A DNA stretch of 64,000 nt from Mobula hypostoma (Eukaryota): the NCBI RefSeq assembly GCF_963921235.1, contig NC_086097.1, forward strand, positions 108,254,001 through 108,318,000, given 5' to 3'. Of the stretch, positions 48,525 through 61,200 are shown piece after piece (the stretch's first letter is position 1; every line of letters starts with the position of its first letter). A program made the position numbers and the translations under genes. The notes beneath the pieces are model-generated. The model worked only from the letters and a program-made list of their open reading frames with translations. It made no database searches and was not told where the DNA came from.

Positions 48525-49330
48525 CACTGGACTTGAGTATGAAGTTCTCCTAAGGGGTTGTCTATTGGTGAGTCTTCAACTGGCTGTAGAGGCCGATCCA
48601 GGATCCTGATAAATAGGGAATGCCTGTGCATGACTTTGTTTTAACATGAGAAGGCTGATGCATCGGCATCCACCATAGTCCTCGACAGAGGTGCCTTTCA
48701 CCACCTTCACTGCCACTGTGATGTGTCATCATCTTCCATCAGCTCCACTGCTGAGGTCATGATTGGATCGCTCTTCATCTGTCACCTTATTCACCGTGAG
48801 TGACCCTTCAAGGAGTTAGGCACCAGAGAGCTAAACTCCAGGCTGTATCACTTCCGGGAGCTCAGGAACTTGCATGCTTCTCCAACATGACAAGGTGGCA
48901 ATCCTTGGAGAAGTACAGGGAGAGGGGTAAGAGGATAGTTGGAAATCTTTCAAAGATGAGGGTAGCATGCTACCACTCCAATTCTGTGGGTGCATCAGGG
49001 ACCTCAGAACCCAAGGTAGGATCCATAAACTGAACAATTGGTGCAGCACAAGGTGTATGGTAAGATGAACGAGTGGGTGGTTTGCGGGGTGGGGGGCTTA
49101 CTGTCTGTTCTCCATGAATCGATTCAAGATGCTGATTGGCATCTCGAATGTTATTCCTCCACTTTGAGTGGTCCAGGGATTTCCATGAGTAGGTGGAGAT
49201 GTTACACTTTTTCAAGAAACTTTTAATATCATCAATGGATCATTTCTTCTAAGCACCTGATAGTCTTTTGTCATGTCAAAATGTGGAGGGGAATATCTGT
49301 ATCAGGAGTCTACTGCCATGCAAACAATGT
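48525..49330 (-). mobile_element. RTE-clade fragments
   Basis: ORF 48970-49215 KKCNISTYSWKSLDHSKWRNNIRDA resembles the RTE ORF C-terminus. Confidence 0.5.
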
Positions 49331-50690
49331 GAGCTGGCCATTGAAGCTAATTAGAGCTTGTGACTCTATGTACAAGTGTGCAGCTGTGGTATCATCTCAG
49401 GCTTGTAGATGGTCTCAGAGGAGAATGTGGTCATGCAGTCATGAATGTACAGGGTGTAAAGTAGGGGGCTGAGGGCACAACTTTGGAGTATAATTATAGT
49501 GGTGGTGTTCTCTGTCCATACTGATTGTGGTCGGTTAGTCAGGAAGTCAAGAATCCAGTTGCTGAGGAAGGTGTTGACTCCCAGGCTCTGGAGTTCAGCG
49601 ATGAATTTGCTTGGAGTTCCAGTAATAAAGGTGAAGCTGTAATCAATAAACTGTAAGGGGGTTTCGACTTTTATGTTACTGCGGAGGCTAATTAAAGTGG
49701 CATCTTTGTTATGTTAATGTGGGGAATGCGGCTTTGTTCTGTTAAACGCTGAGAAAGTTTGAGCTAGCAGCTTGTTTTGGTTTAGAGGGTGATAAGAGGG
49801 TGCTATTAACCAATTGGGATAGTTGTTATAGTTTTGGTGTATTTGAAGATACTGTATGCGCGGGGTTTTGGGGCTGAAGGCAGGAGAGTGAGACAGAGGA
49901 TGGACCAGGTGCTGTGATGTCCGCTAACGGGGTCAGACCCCAAGAGGGGTGTTCGGCGAGGAGAGGAGATGGAGATGGACTCGTGTGGAGTGTCTGGTCG
50001 GCCACCGTTGTTGGTCCCAGGCAGCCGGTCGAGGTGGTCCGAGGGGTCGCAGGGTGAAGAAGGTCCTTGAGCTCCAATTGTTTTGTGCACGAAGAGATTG
50101 AACTTTGATAAGTGTGGCGCCTTTTATTTTCCTTTTATATTTTATTCTCTCTTAATTATATAGTTCCAGTAATATCTATAAACTGTAAATCATTTAATTG
50201 CATCTGGTGTATTGTCTGTTATTTGGGCGGGGTGGGGTATATCACACAGCATCCACACAAATGAATTATCCAGTTTGGCGGGGCCCAGGCTGTTTCCCTA
50301 GACGACAGCGAGCCGAGTGACCCTGACATACACTAGGTGACCTTACTGTCCAGACGCTCCAGAGAAAAGTGTAGGGCTAAAAAGATGGCACCTGCCATAA
50401 GCCTGTTTCTGCAAATGGTGAATTGCAGTGGGTTGGGATTGTCAGGAAGGCCAGAATTAATGGGTGCCGTGACCAGCTTCCTGAAGCACTTCATAATGTG
50501 GATGTCAGAGTCGCTGGGTGGTAGTCATTAAGGCAGGTTATCTTGTTTTTCTTCTGTACTCTGTTGATAGTGGTCTTCTTAAAGCAGGTGAGAATCACAG
50601 ATTGAAGCAGGGAGAAATTAAAAATATCTGCAAGTAACCTCGGGAGCCGATCTGCACACTGTCTAAAGGTGCAGTCAGGGGATGAGTATA
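49330..50690 (-). mobile_element. Decayed Rex1/Babar RT fragment interrupted by a solo LTR
   Basis: GTCAGGAAGTCAAGAATCCAGTTG (NWILDFLT) left of the LTR and GAAGCACTTCATAAT (IMKCF) right of it. Confidence 0.7.
49652..50330. mobile_element. Solo LTR, right end damaged
   Basis: Begins TGTAAGGGGGTTTC; colinear with 62143-62825; no TSD found. Confidence 0.8.
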
Positions 50691-50839
50691 TTGGGAGCCT
50701 GTCCAGTTTCAGAGTTTCAAACAGAGTGTATGCTCTGTTTCAGTGTGAGGTCACACATGCAGTACCTGCTGGCAGACACAGTATCTTGTAAATTTTTGCT
50801 GTCATACCACATACAAGGTGTTTAATTTGTGCAACTCAA

Positions 50840-51770
50840 AATCAGAATCAGGTTTATTACCACTGACATTTTCCATGCATTGAAATTCGTTGCTCTGCAG
50901 CAGCAGTAGATTGCAACAGATTAGAAAATTACTGAGTTACAATAAGAAATATAAAAAAGAGCAGAATAGTGAGGTAGTGTTCGTGGGTTCATGAACTGTT
51001 CAAAAATCTGATGGCAGAGAGCAAGAAGTTCCTAAAATGTTAAATGTGCGTCTTCAGGCTCCTGTACCTCCTTGCATTTGAGATGTGGACATACGGACGA
51101 GTCCTCAGGGTATCATACATTGAAAGGAGATCCAACAATTTCATCCTAGAAAAGACTGGCCCAAAACCAATACTTCTGGAAACCATTATTCAAAGGAAAC
51201 TTTGCTATTTTGGACACACCTCAAGAACTGATGACACACTGGAACGCACTGTGCTTGAAAGCAGAGTAGAAGGAAGCCACTCGTGAGGCAGACAGAGGAC
51301 AACCTGGATCGACAACATCAAGAAGTGGACCAACCTCATCGCCAGAGATGCAAGAGGTTTGACTGCCGGCAGATGGCAGTGGAAGAAAGTGGTTGCCGAG
51401 GCTCTGGCAGAGTATGGCACATGATGATGATGATGATGACCTTGCTGATGGTAGTAAAGAAAAGAGGGCATGTCCTGGGTGATTGAGGACCTTAATGATG
51501 GATACCGCCTTCTTGAGGCATCGTCTTTTCAAGATGTCCACGTTAGTGGGGCCTTGAGAGAGCTTACTGAGTTTACTACTCTCTGCAGTTTTTTCTAATC
51601 CTGTGCATTAACGTCTCCATACCAGCCAGTGATGCAGTTAAAATTCTCTCCATGGTACGAATGTAGAAGTTTGCGAAAGCCTTTGATGACACACTAAATC
51701 TCCTCAAACTCTTAATGAAATGTAGCTGCTGGGTGCCTTGTTAGTAATTGCACCAGTATACTGGCCATCT
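50840..51770 (-). mobile_element. Rex1/Babar 3' end with RTE insertion
   Basis: ORF 51221-51541 N-terminus RRCLKKAVSIIKVLNHPGHALFSLLPS; AATCAGAATCAGG tail. Confidence 0.8.
51076..51439 (+). mobile_element. RTE-clade LINE 3' end
   Basis: AFEMWTYGRVLRVSY...RKLCYFGH...VEGSHS*GRQRTTWIDNIKKW; (TGA)n tail; 6-bp TSD CCTTGC (51070-51075, 51440-51445). Confidence 0.88.
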
Positions 51771-52309
51771 CAGGCTACTTTACAATATTTTCTCTTCAGC
51801 ATGAGCATTTTTCGAAGTCGCAGATATAATTCCTTTGATAGAAAGAAGTAACAACTAATATTGGTTCCTTTGCTGTAATATTTAAATAAAAATATCATGC
51901 AATTTTTTTTGTTCAAATCACTCCACACAAGTGTAGTGCTCTGTAATGTTGAAATCACTTGCTAGCTGTGTCTCAGGTTTTACCTTAAGCTGCTGCCGTA
52001 ATGATACACTCAGGCTGAGGTACGGCTTCCCTGCATTTGATAAATTATTTGCATATATGAAAAAAGCAAGTCAATTTTTACACATATACAGTGATAAAAA
52101 CAATCAACATATTTATTTTCTTATGCACTCACATCTTCCCATCTAGTCATGTTCTCTTAACTGAGAAGGTGCATTTAATTTAAAGACATGGCAATAATAA
52201 TTTTATAGCTGTGCATTGTGTCTGATATGCACATACACATATGCACATATCATTTTACAGTCTAAACGCAGGGCTATAGGGGAAAGAGAAAACTGAATTG
52301 ATTGTTCTA

Positions 52310-53160
52310 GTTCAAGTTTAATGCTGGCACAGGCATACATAGGGTTTAAGTACAACAAAAACTCACTTTTTGCAGTAGCACAGTACATTACAAGACATGA
52401 ACAGACATAAGTTCACAGAAACTTCAATTAGCATAAGTTACACATAGCTTATATGTGGGTAAAATATACAACAAAATAAATGTAACAACACTCGTGCAAG
52501 ATAGAGAGAAAGAATCAACTGATTTTTTCTGGTTGTTGTGAGAACCCGATAGCAGTGGGAAAGAAACTGGTTGAACCTTGAAGCATAGTCGATGAGGCGT
52601 TTCCGTACCAGGGCATGATGCAACCAGTCAGAATGCTTTCCGCTGTATACCTGCAGATGTTCAACAGAGTCTTCGATGACATGCTGAATGTCTAAATTTC
52701 TAAGAAAGTAAAGATGCTGGCGTACCTTCCTTGTGATTGCATCTATGTGCTGGGCCTGTGGTAAGTCCTTTGAGATGTTGACACACATAAGAACTGGTGC
52801 ATTTTTGCCTTCCTTTGCTTCCTAAAGTCCACAATCTTGTTAGTATTGAGCATAATATTGTTACATCAGCATTCAGCCAGCTGGCCTATCTCTCTCTTGT
52901 ATGTCACCTCAACACCATTCATGATTCTGCCAATAACAGTGGAGTCCTCAGCAAATTTGGAGTTGGAGCTATACTAAGCCACGCTATCAGAGGTATGGAG
53001 AGAGCTAAGCACACAGTTTTAAGGTGAGCTTGAGCTGATAATTATTGAGGAGGACCTGGTGTTTCTGAACCACACTAATGTGATCTCTTAATGAGGAAGT
53101 CAAGGATCCAATTGCAGAGGGAGGTGTGGAGGTTCAGGTCTTGGAGATGGATGATTAGGT
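52310..53160 (-). mobile_element. Decayed Rex1/Babar 3' fragment
   Basis: ORF 52438-52788 HIDAITRKVRQHLYFLR. Confidence 0.7.
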
Positions 53161-53164
53161 TGCA

Positions 53165-54350
53165 TGTGGCAAAGTATACAAATCATAACAGATTATATCC
53201 ACCCTGCACATCAACTGCAACGATGCCTCCAATCCTGACAGGCTGAATGTTGCCGATACACAATTTGATGTAATGAATGATATGACATTGAGGAAAGTCC
53301 CCACTCCCCCTGCGGAACAGGCACTTGCCTCGCTGCTGCTAAGGTGAGGAGGTAAACCCACAAAGTTTGCAGGTCAAACAGCGTACCTGGTCAGGTGCTG
53401 AGGGATTGTGCAGCCCAGCTAACAGAGGTCTTAGCAGACATTTTTATTCTCTCTTTGAAACAGTCCACTCTCCCTGCAGGCTTCAAGGCAGCCACCATTA
53501 TTCTGGTACCCAAGAGGACAAGAGTAACTGACCTAATTGATTAATGCCAGTGGCACTGACTTCAATAAGTGCTTCAGGAAGTGCTTTGAGCAGCTGGTAA
53601 TGGATCGTATAAAATGCCACCTTTCAGCTACACTGGACCTTTCCATTTCACCTACCACTCAAACAGGTCCACTGATGATGCCATAACCTCAGCCCTCCAC
53701 TCCATCCTGTCCCACCTAGAAAACGATACCTCATACGACAGGATGTTGCTCATCGACTTTAACTTAGCATTTAACATGATCTTCCCTCAGAGGCTGGTGT
53801 GTAAACTGTTCTTATTGGGACTCAACATCCCTCTCTGTAACTGGACCTTGGACTTCTTGATGGAAAAACCCCAGTCAGTCTGAGTTGGCAGCAACATCTC
53901 AAGCCAAATCACATCAAACACTGATGGCACACCAGAGCTGTGTGTTCAGCCCACTGCTGTTCACACTGCTGACTGACCCTGCACTGCCAGATCCAGCTCA
54001 AACCGTATAATCAGGTATGCTGATGATGCAGCAGTGGTTGGCCTCATCTGCAACAATGATGAATCGGTATACAAGAAGAGGTAGAGAGGCTTGTCAAATG
54101 GTGCAAGAACAACAACCTGAGTCTCAGTGTGGACAAAGGAGATGACTGTGAACTTCAGGAAGGCACAAGTCGACCACTCTCCATTACAAATCAATGGCTC
54201 TGCCGTGGAGAGAGTGAAGAGCACAAAGTTCCTTGGTGTGCACATAATGGATGATCTAACCCAGACCACAACACCACCTCACTAGTCAAGAAGGTACAGC
54301 AGCGTCTACTCTATCTCAGGAGATTGATGCATGTAAGGCTTCCCACCCCC
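53165..54350 (+). mobile_element. Decayed Rex1/Babar RT fragment
   Basis: ORF 53614-53883 [13 protein letters not shown]...[12 protein letters not shown]...[12 protein letters not shown] codons near 54017. Confidence 0.85.
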
Positions 54351-55048
54351 ACTATTACTTCTTTGAGGTCATATGACAAGAACCTACTTGGACCATGCAA
54401 TTCAGCCATGCAATTAGATTAATTATTTGTAGACTCAATTATCACTAGCCATTATCTTCTGAGAAAACTGCGTAAGCTCACACTGAACTGACCACAACAG
54501 ACATATGGGTTTCACCAACTATTCTTCAGACTGTTTTGGACTGTGGAAATGCGGTGGTGAAGACACCTCTTCATTACATGAAAAGATATTCTCTGAATAT
54601 CTGACCATACAATACAAAGAATTAATGCAACTGAGAATGTTGCATGTGGAATTGTTGGCATCTATGCTCATTATAATTTCCAGAGGAATCAGTGATTTGA
54701 TTAAAGGTGCTTAGAAATAAGTCCTATGATTAAGACTTCTAGATCTGCACTCAGCATTTGTCAGTCCAATTCTGCCTATAAACTGTTTCTGTTAATGTCT
54801 GTCTTTTATACACAAGTCACACATAAAAGTAATTTAACCTGGAGTTAGATCATCCTGTTTTTCATTTTCAGCTGAAGTTGTAGCCAACTCTGCTATTTTC
54901 CTGACTTTCATGAAGGCAAGACATGCACCCAGGATGTCACAAGTCCCATCGTGCCATTTCTTCCCAGCTGCTCTGGATTACAGCTTCTGTGTGCAACTTC
55001 TGATGTTTGCTATAAAAAGATAAAATTCTGGAAACACTCAGTGAGGTA

Positions 55049-55868
55049 CAATAGGTGCATTTAATGTCAGAGAAATGTATACAATATACATCCTGAAATT
55101 CTTTTTCTTTGCAGACATCCACAAAAACAGAGAAGTGTCCCAAAGAAACGTTAGAACCCCAAAGCCCCCGCAGCTCCCCCCTCCCACGCACAAGCAGCAG
55201 CAAAGCAATGACCCTCCCTCCCCAATCAGCAAAAAAAGCATCAGTATCCTCCACCGAGCAATCAAGCGTTAGCAAAGCATCAATAAAGACACAGACTTGC
55301 AGTACCCCAAAAACTACTCATTCACCCACCAATTCGACATACTCTAGGCTCTCTCCCTAATAAGGGAAAAAGCGATGTCCCCATTTCACAGCGAGAGGGG
55401 AGACATAACAAGTAACTCCCTGATTTATGATATTGAAAGTCTGATGCGTCACTTTCTCTGAGCTCTGCACCCGGAGGGAGAGTTGGCACCAAAAAGGCAC
55501 AGCTCTCCGGACACACAACCCCCGGCAGCTAACCCGCTGCTCCCGATGTTCTGTGTTCTCCCGCGACGCCTCAGTCAGGGGCACCGGCCTAGAATCAGCC
55601 CATCCCCAGAGCCACAAAATCCTGGAATACTGAAGGTATGCTGGTCTTGCAGGCCGCATCCCTGGCATCCCTGGAAAAGCGGCAGGTTGTGAGGCCCTGA
55701 GAGTGGATCACATTCCTGCAAAGAACGAAAGTCAGAGTGTAGCTCCAGGTCAGGGTGTTGAAAAGATACACACACACACACACACACACGCAGAAAAAGA
55801 AAAATAGAGATACCCAAGATAGAAATAAAGCTGTTTCCAAAGATGCAAGCAAAGGAGTCGCCATTTTG
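55049..55868 (-). mobile_element. Apparently full-length non-autonomous retroelement, about 820 bp
   Basis: Minus strand starts CAAAATGGCGAC and ends ...GACATTAAATGCACCTATTG; 5'-truncated copy at 63271-63522; no TE-like ORF. Confidence 0.65.
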
Positions 55869-56389
55869 TGTCATCTTAACTTCACCCTGCCTTCTCAGAA
55901 AATAAGTTAAGCCACTCAACAAGAGAATCAGTTGGTGTTTCTAGTCTGGGACCACTAGATTTGGGAAAGAGAGAAACAAGTTGGTTCAGATGGCAGAGAA
56001 GATGAGGAGGGCTCATAAGTGAATTGCTCTGATAGGTTGAGACAGCATGACCTCATGTGGCAGCTTGTTCACTCACAATGTAACTAGGTATACAGCATGC
56101 AACTGATTGCACTTGTGCCAACTTTAAAGGATGTGCCACTGATATTGCTAGACTCTGTGGTGTAGCCTCAGAACTCACTGCAAGCTGATTGAATGTCTTT
56201 CAGAGTTTGGTAAGTCTGGTACAGCTAATGGGAAGCATTTTCTGTAGCATGCTGATGTTGGCATACTTGTTTAATAGTCACACTGCTGGCAGTAGTTTAT
56301 TACCAAACACATTGTTATGCATGACTTTTAGAAGCCAGTTCAAGTTCAAGCAAACAAACTTTATCAATCATTAAACTTTATCAAACTTT

Positions 56390-57480
56390 GATGATTTTGA
56401 GACTGTGTGCCCTGGTTCTGGACACCTCAGCTAAGGGGTGAACTGTGGGAAAATTCTTTGGATTTGATAAGGTAGATGCAACGTCCCTGTATCTACCTTA
56501 TCAAACCCAATGAATTTCTACAGTTCAATGAAATTATCTCTTACTTTCCTAAAGTAAGAGTGAATAGGGAGTGACCTGCTTAATTACCCCTTGAACATCA
56601 AAGCTGCTGTTCTATCAGACAAGCTGGCAAAGCTTTGCTGGACTTGCTCCATTGCAAGAATATTCTTCCTTACATAGGGATACCAGATTACCACAGTACA
56701 AAGACACAAAAAAAGGATCAGGAATAGTCCACCCTACCCCTCAAGTCTGCCCCACCATTCACAATGAACAAAGCAGATCAGTACTCCAGGTGCAGACTCC
56801 AGGGCCTTGAATAATTGGAGGTAAGATGTCCCTACTTTTGTACTTGAACTCCTCTGTAAAAAAGGTCAACTTTCCACTTGCCACCTTGATTTCTTGCTTT
56901 ATCTGTTGATTTTCAGTGATTTACATTACAATAATACCAGGTCCCATCTGTCATTCCCACTTAGCTTTCTATTATGTATTTATTTATTGCATACAGCATG
57001 GAGTAAGCCCCTCCAGCTCTTTGAGCCACGCTGTCCTGCAATCCCTCAATTTAACCCCAGCCTAATCACGGGACAATTTACAATGACCAATTAACCTATC
57101 AACCAGTATGCCTTTGGACTTTGACAGGAAACTGACCCACCCAGAGGAAACACACGAGATCTTGGGGAATAAGTAGAAATCCCTTATAGATAGCGGTGGG
57201 AATTGAACCCATGTTGTCTGTACTATGAAGTGTTGTGCTAACTACTATGCTACTGTGCTACCCTACCATTCTACATCATGATTTCACATTTTTCCACTAG
57301 ATGTTCCTTTTGTCATGTCTCTGCACATTCAGTAATCCTGTCTATATTTCCCAGAAGCATCACTGCATCCTCCACAAACAACATTGCCACATAGTTTTGT
57401 ACCATCAGCATACTTGGACATATTACAGGTGATGCCCTCAATCATATGGATATGGATTATGAACAGCATAGGCAACACCT
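56390..57480 (-). mobile_element. Old CR1 fragments interrupted by a V-SINE
   Basis: GTGCCCTGGTTCTGGAC, CAGTACTCCAGGTG (HLEY), ACCATCAGCATACTT (KYADG). Confidence 0.55.
56977..57265 (-). mobile_element. V-SINE
   Basis: Reverse complement resembles 15557-15825; GGGAATTGAACCC B-box antisense; TATTTATTTATT tail. Confidence 0.75.
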
Positions 57481-57756
57481 TCATCCTGAGGAAGACTAAG
57501 TTGCCTGATATTTTCAGTGCTTAGTGCCGCCACAAGGGATAGATCCCTTGGAGCAAAGGCTGCTGTCCATCTCCACAGCTCTTCATACCTACAATGGCTG
57601 TAGAACACTGCTACAGCAAGAGCAACACGTGTCAGAATGGTGACTAGGATTCCATTGGTACTTGGAAATGAATTTCCACTGTTCCACTGTCTTTGCAATA
57701 CTTGCCCATCATGTTGCTTTGTTCTACGTGGTCTTGCTACATAGTCTTTAGCCAGC

Positions 57757-58083
57757 ACAGTAGCATAGCGATTAGCATATCGCTCTATAGTGCCAGCCAT
57801 CTTTCACCAATCAGGGTTCAATTTCCCACTGCTATCTGTAAGGAGCTTGTACGTTCTCTCCGTGACCGCGTAAGTTTCCTCTGTGTGCCCTGGTTACCTC
57901 CCCACATTTTAAAGCATACCGTTAGACCTAGTGAGTTGTGGGTATGCTATGTTGGCACATGAAGCATGTCAATACTTGCGGGCTGCCCCCAGTACATGCT
58001 CGCTGATTTGATTTGATGCAAATGACACATTTCATGCAATGTTTCAATGTACATGTAACAAATAGAGCTAATCTTTATCTTAT
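57757..58083 (+). mobile_element. V-SINE variant with a different 3' tail
   Basis: GTAGCATAGCGATTAGC head, GGGTTCAATTTCC, V-domain-like GGAGCTTGTACGTTCTCTCCGTGACCGCG. Confidence 0.75.
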
Positions 58084-58769
58084 TCTCTGCTCCTCATAGA
58101 CAACAGCTAAGCTTGAAATGACAGAAGCACGTACAAGAATTGTAAGCAGGGTCATGCCATTTTGTCCTTTTCGATTGCTCTACCATGCATCAAGATCATA
58201 GTATCATTTCCAGCTCTATCATTAAATCCCTTGATTCCCTTAATATCCAGCAATCTATCAATCTCTGTTACAAAACAATTCAGTGACTGAGCCTTGGTGG
58301 CCCTCACGGGTACAAAATTTCTAAGTTTCACCACTGTGAGTTTCATCTCAGTTCAGAACAGTCTATTTCGGAGGAAAGACTGGAGGGAAGAGGGTGTCTG
58401 ATGGTATAATGGTCACAGTCTATCACTGATGCTTTTCAGAGACTAGAACTGCAGACACTGAGCAGCTGTGGTTAGAGGAATGCACGTTGTAGGGACATAG
58501 ACCAGTAATTTGCAGTCTGGCATCAGGGAAGAGAATCTGATGTGGGGTGATTGGGGCATGGTGGGAGCAGTGGGTGGAGTATTGACATGTCTTTATTGTC
58601 CCAGAGGACTTATATTGGGGCTTTGTTCGGAATGCATTCAAGACAGGCTGATGCAGATATGTATCAAGATTGTTGGCAGCTGAACAGGTATGCCAGGCCA
58701 ATTGTAGGAGATGATAAGAAGCTTGGAGAAGTTCCATTCCCTCCACCTCCGTGCTCTAGTTGTGCAGAT

Positions 58770-59012
58770 GCAGGATATCCCTTTAAAACAGAGATGAAGA
58801 GGAATTTCTTTAGCCAGAGGGTGGTGAATGTATGGAAATCATTGCCACAGGTGGCTGTAGAATTGGATATATTTAAAGCAAAGGTTCATAGCTTTTTGGT
58901 TAGTAAGGGTGTCAAAGGTTCCAGGAAGAAGGTAGGAGAGTGGGATAATAATGATCAAATGGTGGAGCAGACTCTATGTGATGAAAATTCTGCTCCTACT
59001 TTTTATGGTTTT
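58770..59012 (+). mobile_element. CR1 3' end
   Basis: GYPFKTEMKRNFFSQRVVNVWKSLP within ORF 58551-59084. Confidence 0.8.
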
Positions 59013-59559
59013 ATGATCATGACTTCCATTTTACAAGGCATGTGCAGCTCTTTGAAAGGCCCCAGTGAATATCTTGTCACATAGAACTTACTGGAACAGG
59101 TAAGTGAGGAAACAGGAATCCTTTGCCCTCCCGGTATTAAGGATGCTGGATTTGTGTTGGACCCCTGCCTTCTGGCACCTGCAAATCTGTGAGGTGCAGC
59201 TCACAGCAATCCTGCAATCCCTCGAGCCACGACAGAATTTCCAGTTCAGGCTGTTTTATGTTTTATAGTTAACTGCTGGATCTCCTGTCCATTTCCCTCA
59301 GAACTGGGAATTATTCAACGAAGCGTCATATTCTTTGGAACATTTCAGGATGTCAGATGTGTCAGTTGAACTCTCCCAGCTGATTTTTGGTGGACTGGTG
59401 TGCTATTCAGTATTATTGGGAAGAGTGGATGAATTAGCTTGTAGAGGGAATTTCAATATGTAGACTCCTCATAGAAATTGTCTCTATCCTTGGGATTCCC
59501 CTTATACCTTGTGTAGTCAATATCTGCATCTTCTGCTCAGCTGGGAGATGAGGTTATAG

Positions 59560-60290
59560 ATGTTAAGCAAGGCAGGACATCTGCCTCGTAACCATCTTCT
59601 TCTTGCTGATGCTCCTGCTCATAGTTCTCAGGGTCCAGTTCTCTTCCTTCCTTTGGCACCAGCTGTTGTCTTTGGCAAAGTTTCTGCAGCTCGCAATAGA
59701 TGATAATGGAATCTTCACATTAGTGTTGTGTACAATGCAAAGCAATGAAATTTCATCTTCAGGAGACACGTGTCAATAGTCTTAGTGCTTGTATGGCTCT
59801 GGTTGTACCTGCACTTAGCTGGGGAGTGTAATGGTGTAAGTACCCTTCTCTTCCAGGATCCATCTCCTGAACAGTTTCAGCAAAAGGAAATGCTGGGTAT
59901 TATTGATTCCCCCAGACTATGTGTTCATGGCAGTCTCCATGAGGAATTTACTTTGTGATCTCCAGTGAGGTACTGATTGAGGATTTAAAAAGCCTCTCTT
60001 GTTCATTAATGATCTGGAATATTAATAGGATACCTTTAGGACATGTCAGTCCAGAAAACAGTTACAGTTACACTTGTGGGAAGCCAACAATGTTGGCAAA
60101 TCCCAGTGTCCAAGATGTTATTTCTTCCTGACAGAAGGTAAATTGTGATAGTTGCTTTGCAATTGCAGTGCCCCGTTAGATGCATCAGTGAGCAAAAACT
60201 GGGAGAGTGGGCACAGATCTTCTAAGTGGAAGAAAAATGCAGGTCAACAGTGCCTTGAATTCCATGGAGAGAGCTGATTAGGTAGGAAAG
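59560..60290 (-). pseudogene. Highly decayed PIF/Harbinger (HARBI1-like) transposase
   Basis: Ordered motifs on minus strand: GFANIVGFPQV (60103-60071), MNKRGF (60006-59989), LNQYLTGDHK, WILEEKG (59862-59842), RYNQSHTSTKTIDTCLLKMKFHC (59810-59742), IIIYCELQ, acidic tail. Confidence 0.7.
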
Positions 60291-61200
60291 CATGGCAGAA
60301 TGTCATGTATTTCAGCGATCATAGCCTTGGTGAACCAGAACCTGCAAATAGATGGTTCATGGGAGAGATCTAGTTTGGAGCTGGGAGTAGGCAGTTCACT
60401 GAGGGGCACATTATTGTTTGCTGTCCAGAGCTTTCTGACCTATCCTAACTGGCCACTTATTCCCCAAATAGCAATTTCATACCTGAGATACTCCAGGTAA
60501 CTCAACCCGTAATAATTTAATTGACAGCAAATAGGCCTGAAAAGCTTAATGGCCAATTCCTGTTCCTATGAATAGTTTTATGTTTCTCTAACTGCATGAT
60601 AGAGATGAACTAAAGACAGCACAGTCTTTTTTTATATAATCTGTTTAACAGTGTGATGAGTTTTAATTACTGCCAAATAAGCACACTGGCACTGGAAATT
60701 AACTGTCACAATTACCCTTCAGCTTTCATGACAGCACAAGAAATAGAAGCAGGAATAGTTCATTCAGATTTTGTACACATTTCACCAGCCAGGAATATTA
60801 CCGTTAATCTTTTACTCCAGAGCCACCTTCTTGCACGAGCCCCTCCAAGCCTGACACCCACATCTCCCAAAGTCCTGCTGAACTCTGTCTTGGATATACT
60901 CCACAACTGAATTGCCACAACCCTTGGGTAATGAATTCCAAGATTTTCCCTTCTCTGGGTGAATATATTTGTCCTCATCCTGTCTGGAATGGCTATTATT
61001 TTGAGACAGTGCTCCCTAATGCAAAATGCCCTGGCAGGAAAATATCAATTCTGCATCAGATGTCAAATGGTTTAATGAAATTTATCAATGAGATCAAATG
61101 TGAGAGTCTGTTTATCTTGCCATCGCTGGATGTCCGGATCGTTGTGTTACCCCACTGGTCTCAGCTTCCCAACCTGGAAGTGACTTATATATTTGGAGGG

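Noticed and set aside
52047..52054. Octamer ATTTGCAT (also ATGCAAAT near 3440) as an immunoglobulin V promoter
   Set aside because: No leader or V exon, and no heptamer-nonamer recombination signal found nearby.
52310..54350. A single Rex element with a 5' inversion
   Set aside because: The minus and plus fragments overlap in the region of the RT ORF they cover and look like different subfamilies.
58551..59084. 177-aa ORF as a host gene
   Set aside because: The middle is a CR1 3' fragment; the ORF is a chance fusion.
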